DNA from: an uncultured Hyphomicrobiales bacterium
GTDB taxonomy: Bacteria; Bacteroidota; Ignavibacteria; Kapaibacteriales; UBA2268
Direction of reading: 5' to 3'
Assembly: GCA_964610885.1 (NCBI GenBank)
Contig: CAZSWR010000004.1
Coordinates: 16,200 to 80,199 of the forward strand
DNA: 64,000 bases
The translations under genes were made by a program, and so were the position numbers. This document shows, piece after piece, positions 61,918 to 64,000 of this stretch (positions within the stretch are counted from its first letter, which is position 1; every line of letters starts with the position of its first letter). A model generated the notes under the pieces. That model was not told the origin of the DNA. It did not search any database and was given only the letters and a program-made list of their open reading frames with translations.

Positions 61918-62523
61918 ATGAAAAAACTGTTTGTTCTCATCCTTGTAATTTTTGCAATCGCCACGGCCGCCCGCGCCGAAGACTATTTGGACACAATTGC
62001 GCGAAATGTATGCGCTGAAACCAAGAAATTCGATGGCACAGGAGATATCGAATTAAAGCTCGGCGTCATTATGATTAAGTCTTGCGAGCCGTATCGCGAC
62101 AGAATTCTGAAGGATTACAATATCGACATGGGCAAAATAGCGAATGACGATTCCAACGAGGGCCAAGCATTAGGACGGATAGTCGGAACAAAGATGGCTT
62201 TGTATTGCCCGGAATTCTTCCAGCAATTCCTAACCTCCGATGACGAGGAAGATGCCGGTGATGGAGCGCAGCAATCCGTTTCGGGAATGATGATTGCAAT
62301 CACCTATTACGGGCCTTTCCCGGTTATTCAAATCGAAACCAATTCAAACGAAAGGTATAATTTGATTATCCTCGAGGATTTCGATGGCGCGGCAGAATTT
62401 ATTAAAAACAAAGACAAATACTACAAAAAGCCATTGAAGTTTATTTTCACCTATTATCAATTATTCGACAAAGAAACACTCACCAACCAGTCATATAAAG
62501 TACTCAACGGGATCGAAGAGTAA
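61918..62523 (+). CDS. Hypothetical secreted protein
   Basis: 201 aa with the signal peptide MKKLFVLILVIFAIATAARA. I recognise no family. Confidence 0.55.
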   Translation: MKKLFVLILVIFAIATAARAEDYLDTIARNVCAETKKFDGTGDIELKLGVIMIKSCEPYRDRILKDYNIDMGKIANDDSNEGQALGRIVGTKMALYCPEFFQQFLTSDDEEDAGDGAQQSVSGMMIAITYYGPFPVIQIETNSNERYNLIILEDFDGAAEFIKNKDKYYKKPLKFIFTYYQLFDKETLTNQSYKVLNGIEE

Positions 62524-62555
62524 CACATAAGCGCTTCGCCGTGCTTTGGCGAATT

Positions 62556-62693
62556 AATGTTGTTTCTCCAGGCGCGATTTCGTGCGAACGAATGTTCTTT
62601 AAATATGTTTGATACAATCAGCGTTTTTATATAACAACCGCTACGCGGTATGGCTGCATCGGGCTTCTACAATTCAACAACCGCTACGCGGTA
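62556..62693 (+). repeat. Palindrome-array repeat, family 2, copy 3 (5'-truncated; lacks the left terminal inverted repeat)
   Basis: AATGTTG...GATTTCGTGCGAACGAATGTTC...ATAACAACCGCTACGCGGTATGGCTGCATCGGG...CAACAACCGCTACGCGGTA is colinear with the right two-thirds of 47201..47371. Confidence 0.75.
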
Positions 62694-63044
62694 TAAAACA
62701 ATGTATCTTCGCTGTTTTGTGTGGGTGCAATCCGAAATACCATAATAAGCCCACAAGAAAAAGTCGGGATTCCACTAAACAGAGAGCAAACGCCGAAGAG
62801 ATTGTAAGGTTATTACTGCCGAAAGTGGTACTTCCATTTCAAATGGCAGTGACACTCTATCCTCATAAATATTAGATATTTACATTCCCCTACTTGCCAA
62901 GGAAGGGTGCACGAAGGGCGGGGTGGTTTCCACACTTCCGAAGTGTGGCACATCTTCCTGAATAGTCGGTCCGGTTTGGAATCCGCCCTACACGAAGTCA
63001 TCGGATGAGTATTTGACATCGAGAGTATCAATCGGGTGCACAAA

Positions 63045-63090
63045 ATACAAAAAGGCCGCCTCTCTTGACTTAGGCGGCCTTTCTTTTAGA
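63045..63090 (-). terminator. Rho-independent terminator after rpsA
   Basis: An AAAGGCCGCC / GGCGGCCTTT 10-bp stem has T-runs on both sides, 30-70 nt beyond the rpsA stop at 63120. Confidence 0.75.
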
Positions 63091-63119
63091 ATCGGATATG
63101 GAATCCGGTTCAATTTTTT

Positions 63120-64000
63120 TTATTCGGCAGCGGGAGTTTCCTCTGCGGGAGCTGCTGCTTCGGCTGCGGGAGCTTCGGGAGCTGCTTCTGCGGGCGCTGC
63201 TTTTTCTTTTCTGTCCGAATCGACGGAACCAAGGCGTTCGTAGTCTGCGACTTCGGCTGCATCGATTTGCGGCACGTTCGAGTCTTGCGAATACTTATCC
63301 GAATTCGGGACGGGGTGCTTGCCGTTGTAAGCATCGATCAGAGCCTGATCTTTGCCGCGGAGAGCTTCGACGACCGAAAGGACGATTTTCTTGGCATCTT
63401 TGTCGAATTCGACAACTTTCAGCGGAAGCGGATCGCCGATTTGGAAGAAATCGCTGATCACGCGAACCGGTGCGAACGAGAGTTGCGATACGGGAACGAA
63501 TCCGTCCACGCCATCGGGCAGCTCCACGATAACGCCTTTTTCGATAATGCGTTCGATTTTTGCTTCGGTTTCGGCTGTAACTTTGTATTTATCCTCAAAG
63601 AAGTCCCAAGGATTGTCTTTGATTTGTTTGTGTCCGAGTGCGATGCGGCGCTGGTCGGGATCGATCGAAAGGACGATGACATCGAGTTCGTCGCCTTTTT
63701 TGACGAATTCCCCGGGGTGGCGGATTTTCTTCGTCCAAGACAAGTCGCTGATGTGCACGAGTCCATCTACGCCTGGTTCAAGCTCGACGAACACGCCGAA
63801 GTTGGTCAAGTTGCGGACGATACCCAAGTGTTTCGAATCCACGGGGTATTTCTTCATCAGGTCTGACCAAGGATCCGGCTCGAGTTGTTTCATGCCGAGA
63901 GCAAGTTTTTTGTCGGTTTTGTCGATATTCAGGACGGTTGCATCCACGATTTGGCCCATCGAAACCACCTGTGAGGGGTGTTTGATGTGTTGTGTCCAAG
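63120..64000 (-). CDS. rpsA: 30S ribosomal protein S1 (3' part; N-terminus beyond the right edge)
   Basis: Consecutive S1 domains are present (GIVRNLTNFGVFVELEPGVDGLVHISDLSW; IIEKGVIVELPDGVDGFVPVSQLS). The C-terminal tail is Ala/Pro/Glu-rich (KAAPAEAAPEAPAAEAAAPAEETPAAE). The frame stays open to the window end. Confidence 0.85.
   Translation of the reverse strand, partial: WTQHIKHPSQVVSMGQIVDATVLNIDKTDKKLALGMKQLEPDPWSDLMKKYPVDSKHLGIVRNLTNFGVFVELEPGVDGLVHISDLSWTKKIRHPGEFVKKGDELDVIVLSIDPDQRRIALGHKQIKDNPWDFFEDKYKVTAETEAKIERIIEKGVIVELPDGVDGFVPVSQLSFAPVRVISDFFQIGDPLPLKVVEFDKDAKKIVLSVVEALRGKDQALIDAYNGKHPVPNSDKYSQDSNVPQIDAAEVADYERLGSVDSDRKEKAAPAEAAPEAPAAEAAAPAEETPAAE

Noticed and set aside
62880-63010. 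SRP RNA, tmRNA, RNase P RNA or tRNA in the rpsA-downstream spacer
   Set aside because: None of the diagnostic elements is present on either strand. It has no GGAA-capped helix 8 with AGCA loops (SRP), no GGGG...UUCGAC start or TPsiC-arm/ACCA end (tmRNA), no GAGGAAAGUCCGG (RNase P) and no cloverleaf. I kept it only as an unclassified ncRNA candidate.

Overview
The window is mostly chromosomal housekeeping DNA. By gene content it looks like an FCB-group bacterium (Bacteroidota, Ignavibacteriota or Chlorobiota-like). Evidence for this is three proteins ending in type IX secretion (T9SS) C-terminal sorting domains, a uppS-bamA-skp-skp-lpxD envelope cluster, and one Bacteroidetes-style TTTG-N19-TAnnTTTG promoter. 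All assignments come from reading motifs in the supplied translations and from hand-translated DNA, because no database search was possible.

Recognisable core genes:
- Envelope and cell wall: kdsC, uppS, bamA, two skp/ompH paralogs, lpxD, murC, murD, ftsW.
- Metabolism: glgA, ispE, lipB, cmk, a cNMP-domain::aspartase fusion, a deoxyhypusine-synthase homolog.
- Translation, RNA and DNA: an RluB-type pseudouridine synthase, tgt, dtd, HU, cinA, the 3' part of rpsA.
- Secretion and signalling: yajC, two histidine kinases, one stand-alone receiver.

Accessory or unusual content:
1. A tightly packed minus-strand operon (38234->29172). It encodes a ~1859-aa vWA/propeller/cohesin T9SS cargo, a beta-barrel protein with two OmpA modules, and a TonB_C protein with a large unrecognised cytoplasmic domain. 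This is my best candidate for an undescribed envelope system.
2. A second vWA-headed T9SS giant (1527 aa) and a third T9SS cargo (~965 aa).
3. An AT-rich type II restriction-modification cassette wedged between lipB and cmk.
4. A TPP riboswitch in front of a TonB-dependent receptor.
5. Two unrelated families of intergenic structured repeats, three copies each. One is a ~131-bp long-hairpin element. The other is a ~175-bp element built from ACCGCKWMGCGGT-type palindromes.
6. A hand-found 31-codon Lys/Arg-rich ORF that is below the ORF-track cutoff.
7. An HMA metallochaperone-like protein with a Cys/Lys repeat tail.

I recognised no rRNA gene, tRNA gene, CRISPR array, transposase or integrase.
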